The translations under genes were made by a program, and so were the position numbers. From an uncultured Pseudomonadales bacterium (lineage in GTDB: Bacteria; Patescibacteriota; Microgenomatia; UBA1400; UBA12108): a DNA stretch of 64,000 bases. Shown here piece after piece: positions 43,997-53,023 of this stretch. How positions within the stretch are numbered: position 1 is the first letter of the stretch; each line of letters begins with the position of its first letter. The notes under the pieces were generated by a model. That model made no database searches. It saw nothing but the letters and a program-made list of their open reading frames with translations, and was not told the origin of the DNA. The stretch covers positions 70,024 to 134,023 of the forward strand of contig CAYFZD010000001.1 in the NCBI GenBank assembly GCA_964347565.1. The letters are read 5' to 3'.

Positions 43997-46768
43997 ATGA
44001 CCAAAACTACGCTAAAGGTAGATAAATTCGAATCTGCCTTGAATCACGCCCAGCATGAAGAAGAGGTGCTCAAGTATTGGGACGAAACTAACGCTTTTGA
44101 GCGTTCTGTCAAAGAGCGTCCAGAGGACAAACCCTACGTTTTCTACGACGGACCCCCCTTCGCCACCGGCCTCCCCCATTACGGCCATCTCTTGGCCTCT
44201 ACCGCCAAAGACGTTGTGCCTCGCTATTGGACCATGAAGGGCTACCGCGTTGAGCGCACCTGGGGCTGGGACTGCCACGGGGTACCGATCGAGAACATGA
44301 TCGAAGGCGAGCTCGGGCTCAAAGGTGGCAAAAAGGGGATCGAGGAGCTAGGTATAGACAAATTCAACGCCGCCTGTCGCTCATCTATTCTGCGCTACGA
44401 CAAAGAGTGGCAAATCACCATCAAACGCCTGGGCCGCTGGGTCGATATGGAAAACTCCTACAAAACTATGGACAAATCGTTCATGGAATCAGTCTGGTGG
44501 GCGTTTAGTGAGCTCTACAAAAAGGATTTGGTCTATCAGGGTCGGAAAGTAGTCCTCTATTGTCCCCGCTGTTCTACTCCTCTCTCCAATTTTGAGATCG
44601 CCATGGACAACTCGTATAAAGATGTCGAATCCCACTCAGTTTACGTCAAATTTAGAGTCAAAAATACTCAAAATGAATTTTTTGTAGCCTGGACGACAAC
44701 CCCCTGGACACTCCCTGGCAACGTTGGCCTGGCCGTCAATCCCACAGCCGACTATGCTCTCGTTGAGTCAGGCTCTGAGAAACTCTGGTTCGCCAAAGAC
44801 TTATCGCCCAAAGAATCAAAAGTCCTCAAGGTCGTCAAAGGTACAGAATTAGTTGGTCTCACTTACGAGCCACTCTTCAATTTTTTGCCAGTCGGTGAGA
44901 CCAAATCCTATATCGTTTGCAGTGGCGATTTTGTCACCCTCGAGGACGGGACAGGCATCGTCCACACCGCGGCTATCTACGGCGAAGACGACTATGCCTT
45001 GGCCATCAAAGAAGGTTTACCCACGATTCCCATGCTCGATGATCAAGGCAAATTCCTTGATTTTGTCGCTCCACTTGCCGGTCAGTTTTATACCAAGTCA
45101 CAGGCATGGGTCATCAGAGATTTGACCGAGAGAAACTTAATGTTTAAAAGTGAGATGACCTCTCATTCTTACCCTTTCTGCTATCGCTGTGGCACCGCTC
45201 TCTACTACAACGCTATCCCTGCTTGGTTCATCAACATCCAAAAACTGAAACCAGAGATGGTCAAACAAAACGAAAATATCTCTTGGTATCCCTCCTTCCT
45301 GAAAAAGGGACGTTTTGGCAAAGGTCTCGAGACCGCCCCGGACTGGAATATTTCTCGCTCGAGGTACTGGGGTACCCCCATGCCTATCTGGATAGGGGAG
45401 AAGGGGAGTATCCGTGTCATCGGCTCCGTTGATGAATTACGCCGTTACTCCGTTACCCCATTACCTGATTTACCTGACATCCACCGCGAATTTATTGATG
45501 ATTTAGAAATCTGGGTAGATGATGCCAAAACCGAAAAAGGACGACGCATTCCCGATGTCTTTGATTGTTGGATCGAGTCTGGGAGCATGCCCTTTGCGGC
45601 GGAGCATTATCCCTTCGATGGTAAGACCTCGTTCGAGTCGCGCTTTCCTGGCCAGTATATCGTCGAATACATTGCCCAGACTCGTGCCTGGTTCTACACT
45701 CTCCACGTCATGTCGGTGGCGCTTTTTGGCAAACCAGCCTTCGAAAACGCGGTCACGACTGGCACTATTCTCGCCGAAGATGGCACCAAGATGAGTAAGA
45801 GCAAGAAGAACTATCCCGACCCCACGCTCCTCATCAACAAGTATGGGGTCGACTCGCTCCGTCTCTATCTCATGAGCTCGGTCGTGATGAAAGCCGACAA
45901 CTTGAGTTTCTCCGAGACCTCCGTGGACGATATCCGCAAAAATGTCATGAACATTTGGTGGAATATCTTCGCATTCTATAAAACCCTTGCCCCTACCATC
46001 GACCATTTACCATCGACCATCGACCATCCGCTGGACAAATGGCTCTTGTCCAAAATCGAGGGCTTGACTCACACCGTCACCAAATACATGGACGCCTACG
46101 ATGTGGTCTCCTCGTGCCGCCCGCTCATGGCCTTCGCCAAAGAGTTCTCCACCTGGTATCTCCGCCTCTCACGCGAACGTCTACGTGAGAACCCAGAGAG
46201 CCAAGCTATCATGGGCTACGCGCTCAAGCGCTACTGTCTCCTCATGGCGCCCTTTGCGCCCTTTATGGCTGAGCGCATTTATCAGAATCTACCTCACGAA
46301 TTCGATAGTGTCCATCTTGAGCTCTGGCCGACAGTTGATGTTTCTAGAATAGACCTTGAGCTCGAAAAATCCATGGAGATTGTGATGCAAATAGTCGAGA
46401 AGGGGCACGCGGCGCGCAAAGAGGCGGGGATCCGCCTGCGCCAACCTCTTTCCTCCATCACCATTTCCGAAGCGGATCTGTCCGCCGACCTGCGTCAGCT
46501 GATGGCGGAAGAACTCAATGTTAAGTCCATTTTGACTGGCCACTTCTCCCTCGATACCCAACTCACTCCCGCGCTTGAGGATGAGGGAACTGCTCGCGAT
46601 CTCATGCGAGACATTCAAGGTGCGCGCAAAAAATTGGGTCTCTCTCCCTCTGATGTTGTGACCATAGAGTTACCAGCGTGGCCAAAAGACTGGACGGAAG
46701 AGATCAAGAGAAAAGTCAACGCCAAAGAACTCAACGTTGGATCAACACTGACTGTAACTAAAATATGA
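43997..46768 (+). CDS. ileS: isoleucine--tRNA ligase, type 2 (eukaryote/archaeal-like, no C-terminal zinc finger)
   Basis: HIGH-type motif PHYGHLL, KMSKS motif KMSKSKKN and CP1 editing domain. 923 aa ending without a Cys cluster. Confidence 0.95.
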   Translation: MTKTTLKVDKFESALNHAQHEEEVLKYWDETNAFERSVKERPEDKPYVFYDGPPFATGLPHYGHLLASTAKDVVPRYWTMKGYRVERTWGWDCHGVPIENMIEGELGLKGGKKGIEELGIDKFNAACRSSILRYDKEWQITIKRLGRWVDMENSYKTMDKSFMESVWWAFSELYKKDLVYQGRKVVLYCPRCSTPLSNFEIAMDNSYKDVESHSVYVKFRVKNTQNEFFVAWTTTPWTLPGNVGLAVNPTADYALVESGSEKLWFAKDLSPKESKVLKVVKGTELVGLTYEPLFNFLPVGETKSYIVCSGDFVTLEDGTGIVHTAAIYGEDDYALAIKEGLPTIPMLDDQGKFLDFVAPLAGQFYTKSQAWVIRDLTERNLMFKSEMTSHSYPFCYRCGTALYYNAIPAWFINIQKLKPEMVKQNENISWYPSFLKKGRFGKGLETAPDWNISRSRYWGTPMPIWIGEKGSIRVIGSVDELRRYSVTPLPDLPDIHREFIDDLEIWVDDAKTEKGRRIPDVFDCWIESGSMPFAAEHYPFDGKTSFESRFPGQYIVEYIAQTRAWFYTLHVMSVALFGKPAFENAVTTGTILAEDGTKMSKSKKNYPDPTLLINKYGVDSLRLYLMSSVVMKADNLSFSETSVDDIRKNVMNIWWNIFAFYKTLAPTIDHLPSTIDHPLDKWLLSKIEGLTHTVTKYMDAYDVVSSCRPLMAFAKEFSTWYLRLSRERLRENPESQAIMGYALKRYCLLMAPFAPFMAERIYQNLPHEFDSVHLELWPTVDVSRIDLELEKSMEIVMQIVEKGHAARKEAGIRLRQPLSSITISEADLSADLRQLMAEELNVKSILTGHFSLDTQLTPALEDEGTARDLMRDIQGARKKLGLSPSDVVTIELPAWPKDWTEEIKRKVNAKELNVGSTLTVTKI

Positions 46769-47835
46769 AATGGCTTCCCGACCACTGGCTCACTACACTC
46801 TATCTGATCGCCTCAATTACTAGCCTTGTGATTCTGACAAGTATTTCGCCCGAGCGAGTAGGTCAGCAAGCTCTCACCTTTGGACTAGGGTTGGGTATTT
46901 TTATCTATCTCGCCAACCAAGACGCCGCAGTCTACAAAACTTTTGCACCCCTTGGCTACATTTTTTCTCTACTGCTCCTCCTGGCCACCCTTATTTTTGG
47001 CTCTCCAGTGAGGGGGGCTATCCGGTGGATTACTTTGGGCTCGTCCCAGTTGCAAGCTGGGGAGTTTGTGAAGCCGCTCCTTGTGCTCGCTTTTGCACAC
47101 TTCCTGACAGTCTTTCCTCCCAAGTCACTCAAACATATCTTCACCCACCTACTCCTCATTTCTCTCCCTGTCTGGCTCATTTTTCGTCAACCCGATCTGG
47201 GTACTGCGCTTGTCGTGAGTTCGATTTGGGGAGCCCAACTATTTGTCGCAGGTATCTCGTACTGGTTCTTGGGTGGTGTCGCTGCATTAGGCTTGGCCGC
47301 TGCACAGTTTCTACCTCGCCTCCTCCACGAGTATCAGCTCAAACGACTAGAGACTTTTATAGATCCGTTTCGTGACCCCTTGGGTGCTGGGTATAACGTC
47401 ATCCAATCTATCATTGCCGTTGGCTCTGGTGGTCTACTGGGTAAAGGGCTGGGTCACGGTACCCAATCACATCTTCGCTTTCTTCCCGAGCGCCATACTG
47501 ACTTTGTTTTCGCGTCTATTGCTGAAGAACTTGGTATCATCGGCAGCATCCTGATCATTCTCTGTCTGGGAGGATTATTGTTCCGACTCATCTCGCTCGC
47601 CACCCATTCTCGCGATGAGACTTCACGCTTGATCTACACAGGAAGCTTCGGTTATCTGGCCTTCCAGATCTTTATCAATATCGGGATGAATATAGGGATT
47701 GCTCCGGTGACCGGGGTCACTTTGCCCCTTATCTCCTATGGCGGAAGCTCAATTTTGGCCACCGCGGTCACGCTCGGTATCGCCTCGTCGCTAGCTCGCA
47801 CCGATTCACAAGATGCCTTGCTCGAAATACGCTAA
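46765..47835 (+). CDS. rodA: SEDS-family protein RodA-like
   Basis: 10-TM FtsW/RodA architecture with the conserved APVTGVTLPLISYGGSSILA block. It is a second SEDS gene outside the dcw cluster. ATGA overlap with ileS. Confidence 0.8.
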   Translation: MKWLPDHWLTTLYLIASITSLVILTSISPERVGQQALTFGLGLGIFIYLANQDAAVYKTFAPLGYIFSLLLLLATLIFGSPVRGAIRWITLGSSQLQAGEFVKPLLVLAFAHFLTVFPPKSLKHIFTHLLLISLPVWLIFRQPDLGTALVVSSIWGAQLFVAGISYWFLGGVAALGLAAAQFLPRLLHEYQLKRLETFIDPFRDPLGAGYNVIQSIIAVGSGGLLGKGLGHGTQSHLRFLPERHTDFVFASIAEELGIIGSILIILCLGGLLFRLISLATHSRDETSRLIYTGSFGYLAFQIFINIGMNIGIAPVTGVTLPLISYGGSSILATAVTLGIASSLARTDSQDALLEIR

Positions 47836-47856
47836 ATAGGGTATAATCCTAGAGTT

Positions 47857-48279
47857 ATGAAATACGCAGTGATCAAAACCGGTGGTAAACAGCACAAAGT
47901 GACCCTCGGACAGGTTCTCAACGTCGAGCTTCTGGGTGATGTTAAAACTTTTGAGTTTGACGAAGTACTCCTTGTAGTGGACGGGGAAAAAGTCGATCTT
48001 GGGATGCCCACTCTCTCCGGGATCAAAGTTTATGCCGATGTTGTTTCGGAGGTCAAAGGCGATAAAATCGAAGTGTTTAAATACAAATCCAAGTCTCGCT
48101 ATCGCAAGCATACCGGTCATCGCCAGAAATATACTCAGGTCAAAATCACTGGTATTGGCACCAAACCAGCCAAAACCAAGGCTGTCGAACAAGAAGTTAT
48201 CAAGAAACCCGCCGTTAAGAAAGCCGTCCTTAAAAAACCCGCCGCCAAAAAAGCTCCCGCCAAAAAAGCTACGAAATAA
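47857..48279 (+). CDS. rplU: 50S ribosomal protein L21 with Lys/Ala/Pro-rich C-terminal extension
   Basis: MKYAVIKTGGKQHKVTLGQVLNVE core, plus a roughly 37-aa tail KPAKTKAVEQEVIKKPAVKKAVLKKPAAKKAPAKKATK. Confidence 0.9.
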   Translation: MKYAVIKTGGKQHKVTLGQVLNVELLGDVKTFEFDEVLLVVDGEKVDLGMPTLSGIKVYADVVSEVKGDKIEVFKYKSKSRYRKHTGHRQKYTQVKITGIGTKPAKTKAVEQEVIKKPAVKKAVLKKPAAKKAPAKKATK

Positions 48280-48295
48280 AGCTATAATAACTCCC

Positions 48296-49390
48296 ATGTA
48301 CTACTTTTTCCTCGGTAATACGCCCGATCTCTCCTTCCTCGAGCTCAAAAGCATCTTTGCCGGCGAATTCATGCCACTCCAAACAGGGATTAATACTTAT
48401 GCCGGAGAATTCTCCCTTGCCCAGTGTGAGCGTCTTGGGGGCACCCGCAAGGTGGCTAGTAGTCTCGCTATTGTTGCTCCCGCTGATCTTGAGACCAAGT
48501 TGATCGAGCTAGTCTTGGCAGACGGAGCAAAAAACGTGGCGGTCACGCGTTATGTCCCCGAGTCACTTGTCACCCTGAGCCTCAAAAATCTCAAAACCGA
48601 GGTGATGAAGACACGCTCTATCCGCCTGGTGAGTATGGATCTCAACGAGCACGAGCTCCTGATGCTAGCTCATCAGCACGTATCTGAATTTAATTTATTA
48701 CCTAGTGGTGAAGAGATCATGATCGCCAAAACAGTTTGGATTTACGATGCTGAGGATTGGGTCGCTCGCGATCGCGCCAAGCCCTACCGCGATATCAAGC
48801 GTGGCATGTTACCCCCCAAAGTCGCGCGCATCATGGTGAATCTGGCAACTCAGGGCAAATCAGGTCTCACTCTCGCCGATCCATTTTGTGGGACCGGTAC
48901 CGTTTTATCCGAGGCCATGCTCTTGGGTTATCATGTCGTGGGTGGAGACATCAACCCCGACGCCGTTAGCGGTGCTGAGTCTAACCTAGCCTGGTTGCTT
49001 TCTGGTCGCCCAGTTACCCCCCTACCCAGTTACTCTATTACCCTCACCGATGCTTCGCATTTTTCCCATCCCGTCGACTGTATCGCGACCGAGCCCTACA
49101 TGGGTCCCTTACTCGATGAGCGTAACCCTCTTCCACTCGAGAAAATCCAAAATATAGCCCGCGGTCTCGACAAACTATATCGTGGAGCATTTAAGTCTTG
49201 GTTGGAGGTCTTGCCTGCAGGGGGGCGAGTGGTCATGTCTATCCCTAGTTTCGTGGTATATAACCGGATTGTTTCGACCATTTCGATTGACACACTGCAG
49301 GCGCTCGGCTACAATTACCTCTCGTCTGTCACATATAGCAAGCCAGGCGCAGCGGTCATCCGCAATATAACCATTTTGGAGAAAAAATAA
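48296..49390 (+). CDS. THUMP-like/UPF0020-family SAM-dependent RNA (guanine-N2) methyltransferase, putative
   Basis: A SAM-binding motif DPFCGTGTVLSEA is followed by VVGGDINPDA (motif IV-like). The N-terminal about 150 aa are THUMP-like. The track ORF (47999..) is extended upstream in the alternative frame of the rplU tail, so the start is set at MYYFFLG (48296). Confidence 0.65.
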   Translation: MYYFFLGNTPDLSFLELKSIFAGEFMPLQTGINTYAGEFSLAQCERLGGTRKVASSLAIVAPADLETKLIELVLADGAKNVAVTRYVPESLVTLSLKNLKTEVMKTRSIRLVSMDLNEHELLMLAHQHVSEFNLLPSGEEIMIAKTVWIYDAEDWVARDRAKPYRDIKRGMLPPKVARIMVNLATQGKSGLTLADPFCGTGTVLSEAMLLGYHVVGGDINPDAVSGAESNLAWLLSGRPVTPLPSYSITLTDASHFSHPVDCIATEPYMGPLLDERNPLPLEKIQNIARGLDKLYRGAFKSWLEVLPAGGRVVMSIPSFVVYNRIVSTISIDTLQALGYNYLSSVTYSKPGAAVIRNITILEKK

Positions 49391-49636
49391 ATGTCACATG
49401 TCAAAGCCGGTGGTGCTACACGCCAAGCTAGTCCTAGACCAGGTAAACGTCGAGGGTTAAAGAAATTTGGCGGAGAATCTGTCAAAGTCGGTCAAATCAT
49501 CATTCGTCAGGTCGGTACTCGGGTCCACCCAGGCAAGGGAGTTGGAGTCGGTCGTGACTATACCATCTTCGCCATGAAAGACGGTCTAGTCGAATTCTTC
49601 ACCCGCCTAGGCAAGTCTTTTGTTTCAGTCAAATAA
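49391..49636 (+). CDS. rpmA: 50S ribosomal protein L27
   Basis: MSHVKAGGATRQ...GKRRGLKKFGGE...GTRVHPG is the canonical L27 sequence without an N-terminal pro-peptide. Confidence 0.95.
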   Translation: MSHVKAGGATRQASPRPGKRRGLKKFGGESVKVGQIIIRQVGTRVHPGKGVGVGRDYTIFAMKDGLVEFFTRLGKSFVSVK

Positions 49637-49674
49637 TTTTCCTTTCTTCACCCGTGTGCTAAACTGGCATTGCT

Positions 49675-50052
49675 ATGAGTGATACCCAAAAACATATCTT
49701 GATAGTGGAAGATGATGATCTAATCGCCAAATTGTACCAAGCGAGTTTGGTAGATTCTGGTCTTCACATTCAGCTCGAAACTGATGGTGACTCAGGTTGG
49801 CAAGCACTACAAGCCCAGATTCCCGACTTGGTGATACTAGATATCATGCTCCCCAAACTCAGTGGTCTCGATCTGCTCGAGAAGATGCGTGCTGATGAAC
49901 GACTCAAAGTAGTGCCCGTGATCATGTTAAGTAGTCTCAGTAGCGAGTCCGACAAAGCACGAGCGCTGGCGGCCGGGGCCAATGCTTACTGGGTCAAAAA
50001 CGAAGTTGATATGCCACAGTTCTCGGCACAAATCAAAAGCTTCCTCCCATGA
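49675..50052 (+). CDS. single-domain response regulator (CheY-like REC only)
   Basis: ILIVEDDDLIAKLY...DLVILDIMLPKLSGLDLL...VPVIMLSS gives the acidic pocket, phospho-Asp and conserved Lys region. There is no output domain (125 aa). Confidence 0.85.
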   Translation: MSDTQKHILIVEDDDLIAKLYQASLVDSGLHIQLETDGDSGWQALQAQIPDLVILDIMLPKLSGLDLLEKMRADERLKVVPVIMLSSLSSESDKARALAAGANAYWVKNEVDMPQFSAQIKSFLP

Positions 50053-51299
50053 CTAACCTATTCAAATATTTTTCCCCTCAGTCATCACTCACTGATGGCT
50101 TAAATAAACGGCTTGCCACTATCACTTCGTCCGAAATCAATCTACCCATACTTGAGAAAAAACTCAGAGATATTCTAGTGGGAGAGTTCTCTGCATCTGG
50201 CGCGGCATTTGTCCTAGTTGCGGACTTTGTCGCCGCTCCTCCCGATTCTCTAATCACGCCCAATCCCTTAAATCTCAAATATGCTCGTCTCGAGAAACTC
50301 CAACACCGCGTCAAACAGACCATGATCTTGGACCAACTTACCGATCCGGCCGACAAACAGCTGTTTGCTGATTTGGGCATTGCTCTGATCTTACCCCTCA
50401 CTGTCCAAGAAGAGGATCTTGGTCTCCTACTTTTGGGTCCTATAAAAAATCATAAGAGTTATCGACCATCCGAGATCAAATCACTCGAGTCAGTCCTCGC
50501 CAGTATCTCAATTGCAATTAAAAATGCCCTAAGTTACCGCAAAATCCAAGAACTCAGTGCCTCCCTGGAGAGCAAAGTCATCGCTCGTACCCACGAACTA
50601 CAGGCCGCGCAAGAAGCCCAGCTCAAACTCAAAGACGAATTTGTCTTTATTGCCACCCACGATATCGCCACCCCAGTAGCCGCGATTACTGGTTTTGTTG
50701 CCCTCATCAATAGCCAAGGTGCAGAGCTCCCCTCTGAGATCAAGAATTATCTCGATTCCATTACGCAAGCCAGTAATCGTTTGAGCGCCCTGGTCAAAGA
50801 TCTTTTGGAGGTTGCGAGGTCCGACTCCAATACCATCAAGCTTGCTCTTACCCAATTTGATGCCAAGCCCATTATTGAGTCTGTGGTTGAGACCATCACT
50901 CCCCTCGTCAAGCAGAAAAATATTCAGTTGGTACTGGCACTGGGGAATGACAACCTCGTTCTGGCAGACCCAGCCAAACTCGCCGAAGTCTTTGAAAACT
51001 TACTTAGCAACGGAGTCAAGTACAACAAAGTTGGGGGTGAACTCAAACTCACCTCCAGTATTTTTGCCGACCAACTAGTCTTTACCCTGACCGATACTGG
51101 TATCGGGATTGACCCAGCAGAGTCTCCCAAGGTCTTTACCAAATTCTTCCGCTCAGACTCACCCGAGGCTAGAAAAAATCCTGGTACCGGTCTAGGCCTG
51201 TTTGTGGCCCGTATGCTCACGCAAAAAATGGGTGGAAAGATTTCCTTTACTTCAGTCCTAAACCAGGGGACAACATTCACCCTTACCTTTAACCGTTAA
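50049..51299 (+). CDS. soluble sensor histidine kinase (GAF/PAS-like N-terminus, HisKA + HATPase_c)
   Basis: H-box FIATHDIATPVAAITGF, N box LLSNGVKYN, G boxes DTGIGI and GTGLGL. No TM segment. ATGA coupling with the REC gene. Confidence 0.8.
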   Translation: MTNLFKYFSPQSSLTDGLNKRLATITSSEINLPILEKKLRDILVGEFSASGAAFVLVADFVAAPPDSLITPNPLNLKYARLEKLQHRVKQTMILDQLTDPADKQLFADLGIALILPLTVQEEDLGLLLLGPIKNHKSYRPSEIKSLESVLASISIAIKNALSYRKIQELSASLESKVIARTHELQAAQEAQLKLKDEFVFIATHDIATPVAAITGFVALINSQGAELPSEIKNYLDSITQASNRLSALVKDLLEVARSDSNTIKLALTQFDAKPIIESVVETITPLVKQKNIQLVLALGNDNLVLADPAKLAEVFENLLSNGVKYNKVGGELKLTSSIFADQLVFTLTDTGIGIDPAESPKVFTKFFRSDSPEARKNPGTGLGLFVARMLTQKMGGKISFTSVLNQGTTFTLTFNR

Positions 51300-51337
51300 T
51301 ACTTTATACTCTATTCTCAATACTCTATACTGTTCCT

Positions 51338-53023
51338 ATGATACTGCCCGACGATCAACTGCGCGCTATTCTCGAAAAAAACGGCTCGGTCAACCCAGAA
51401 ATTCTAAAAGCCATTGCTCCACTCTTGGGGAGTGAGCATGGTGGACTCTCTGCTCAGCTCATCTCTCGCCATATTTTGACCGACGAGCAACTCGGCCAAA
51501 TTTTAGCTAAAACAATCAAAGTTCCCTTTGTCACCCTCTCCAAGCTCAGTATCACTCCCGATGTGTTTGCTCTCGTCCCTCCCCGCCTGATGCTCAAAAA
51601 CAAACTTGTGGCCTTTGAAAAAACCGGCAAAACCCTCAAGGTAGCCATGTCCGATCCTCGCAACAAAAGTCTGGTCGAAATGCTCTCCAAAAAAACCGAT
51701 CTCAAAATCGAGGTTTACTATGCCACCGAGTCAGATATTACCAGTCTAGTCAGTCTCAACAAAAAACCTCTTCAGCTCACGATCGATGAATTACTCAAAA
51801 ACGAGATCGCCCTCTCCACTAGCTCCACCAGCGATAGTCTGCCTATCGCCAAGATCGTTGATATTCTCATCAACACAGCCTACGAAGATCGTGCCTCTGA
51901 TGTCCACATCGAGCCCCAAGAGACCGAGAGTCTCGTGCGCTTCCGTATCGACGGGGTGCTCCAGGATGTTTTACGTCTCCCCAAACCCATCCACGATCGC
52001 ATGATTACCCGTATTAAAGTTCTCTCCAATCTGCGTACCGACGAGCACATGAGTGCTCAGGATGGCAAGATGCGGGTTATGATCCCCCAGGAACAGCTCG
52101 ATATTCGTGTCTCGATCCTGCCCGTCTCAGGTGGAGAAAAAGTTGTCATGCGTCTTTTATCCTCAAAGTCGCGGGAGTATTCGCTCGAGAGTCTTGGTAT
52201 GGCCAAAGAAGATCTGGTCAAGCTCGAGCGCGCCTATGCCCAGACTTATGGCATGATTCTCTCTACAGGCCCCACTGGCAGTGGCAAGACTACTTCGATT
52301 TATGCCATTCTCAAAATTCTCAATACCCGGGAGAAAAATATCACCACCATCGAAGATCCCGTCGAGTATTGGATCAGTGGTGCCAACCAAGTACAAGTGA
52401 ACGTCAAAACTAATCTGACCTTTGCCGATGGTTTGCGCTCCATCCTGCGACAAGACCCCAACATTATATTTGTGGGTGAGATCCGCGACAACGAAACGGC
52501 GGGGATCGCGGTGAACGCTGCCTTGACCGGTCACTTAGTGCTCTCGACTCTCCATACCAACGACGCAGCCACCGCTATTCCCAGACTTTCCGATATGGGC
52601 GTCGAGCCCTTCCTCGTGGCCTCGACTGTCCGCGTCATCGTGGCTCAGAGACTCCTCCGCAAGATTTGCGATAGCTGTAAAACTAGTATCGATTTCACGC
52701 TCCAAGAGCTCTCTAAACACTTTGCACTAGAGACCCTCAAAAAATATTTCCCTTCAGGTACAAAAGTCACGACCTATCGCGGCGCTGGCTGTAAGCTCTG
52801 TCACAAAACAGGCTACAAAGGACGTCTAGGCGTCTTTGAGGTACTCGAGGTCAGCAAGGAGATTCGCAGCCTAATCGCGCAAAAATCCGACGCCGAGGCT
52901 ATCAACCAGCAGGCACTCAAAGAGGGGATGCGCTCGATGCTCGATGACGCCATGATCAAAGTGCAAAAGGGCCTGACTACGATCGAGGAAGTGATCCGGG
53001 TTACCAAGTCGGAGGCGCTATGA
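51338..53023 (+). CDS. pilB: type IV pilus / type II secretion assembly ATPase (PilB/GspE family)
   Basis: N-terminal GspII-like domain, Walker A GPTGSGKTT, Asp box, Walker B, His box and tetracysteine motif CDSC...CKLC. Confidence 0.92.
   Translation: MILPDDQLRAILEKNGSVNPEILKAIAPLLGSEHGGLSAQLISRHILTDEQLGQILAKTIKVPFVTLSKLSITPDVFALVPPRLMLKNKLVAFEKTGKTLKVAMSDPRNKSLVEMLSKKTDLKIEVYYATESDITSLVSLNKKPLQLTIDELLKNEIALSTSSTSDSLPIAKIVDILINTAYEDRASDVHIEPQETESLVRFRIDGVLQDVLRLPKPIHDRMITRIKVLSNLRTDEHMSAQDGKMRVMIPQEQLDIRVSILPVSGGEKVVMRLLSSKSREYSLESLGMAKEDLVKLERAYAQTYGMILSTGPTGSGKTTSIYAILKILNTREKNITTIEDPVEYWISGANQVQVNVKTNLTFADGLRSILRQDPNIIFVGEIRDNETAGIAVNAALTGHLVLSTLHTNDAATAIPRLSDMGVEPFLVASTVRVIVAQRLLRKICDSCKTSIDFTLQELSKHFALETLKKYFPSGTKVTTYRGAGCKLCHKTGYKGRLGVFEVLEVSKEIRSLIAQKSDAEAINQQALKEGMRSMLDDAMIKVQKGLTTIEEVIRVTKSEAL

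Noticed and set aside
46000-46031. Short tandem DNA repeat CCATCGACCAT(TTA)CCATCGACCATCGACCATCC inside ileS (also a similar CATCGACCATCGACCAT at about 15601-15625)
   Set aside because: It is in-frame within well-supported coding sequence, encoding TIDHLPSTIDHP. It is most likely a small duplication or codon-level coincidence rather than a mobile or regulatory repeat.
47999-48295. Upstream 99-codon extension of the methyltransferase ORF
   Set aside because: It overlaps the rplU Lys/Ala tail in another frame, giving a PKKLPPKK-type artefact. The real start is the ATG at 48296 after the rplU stop.
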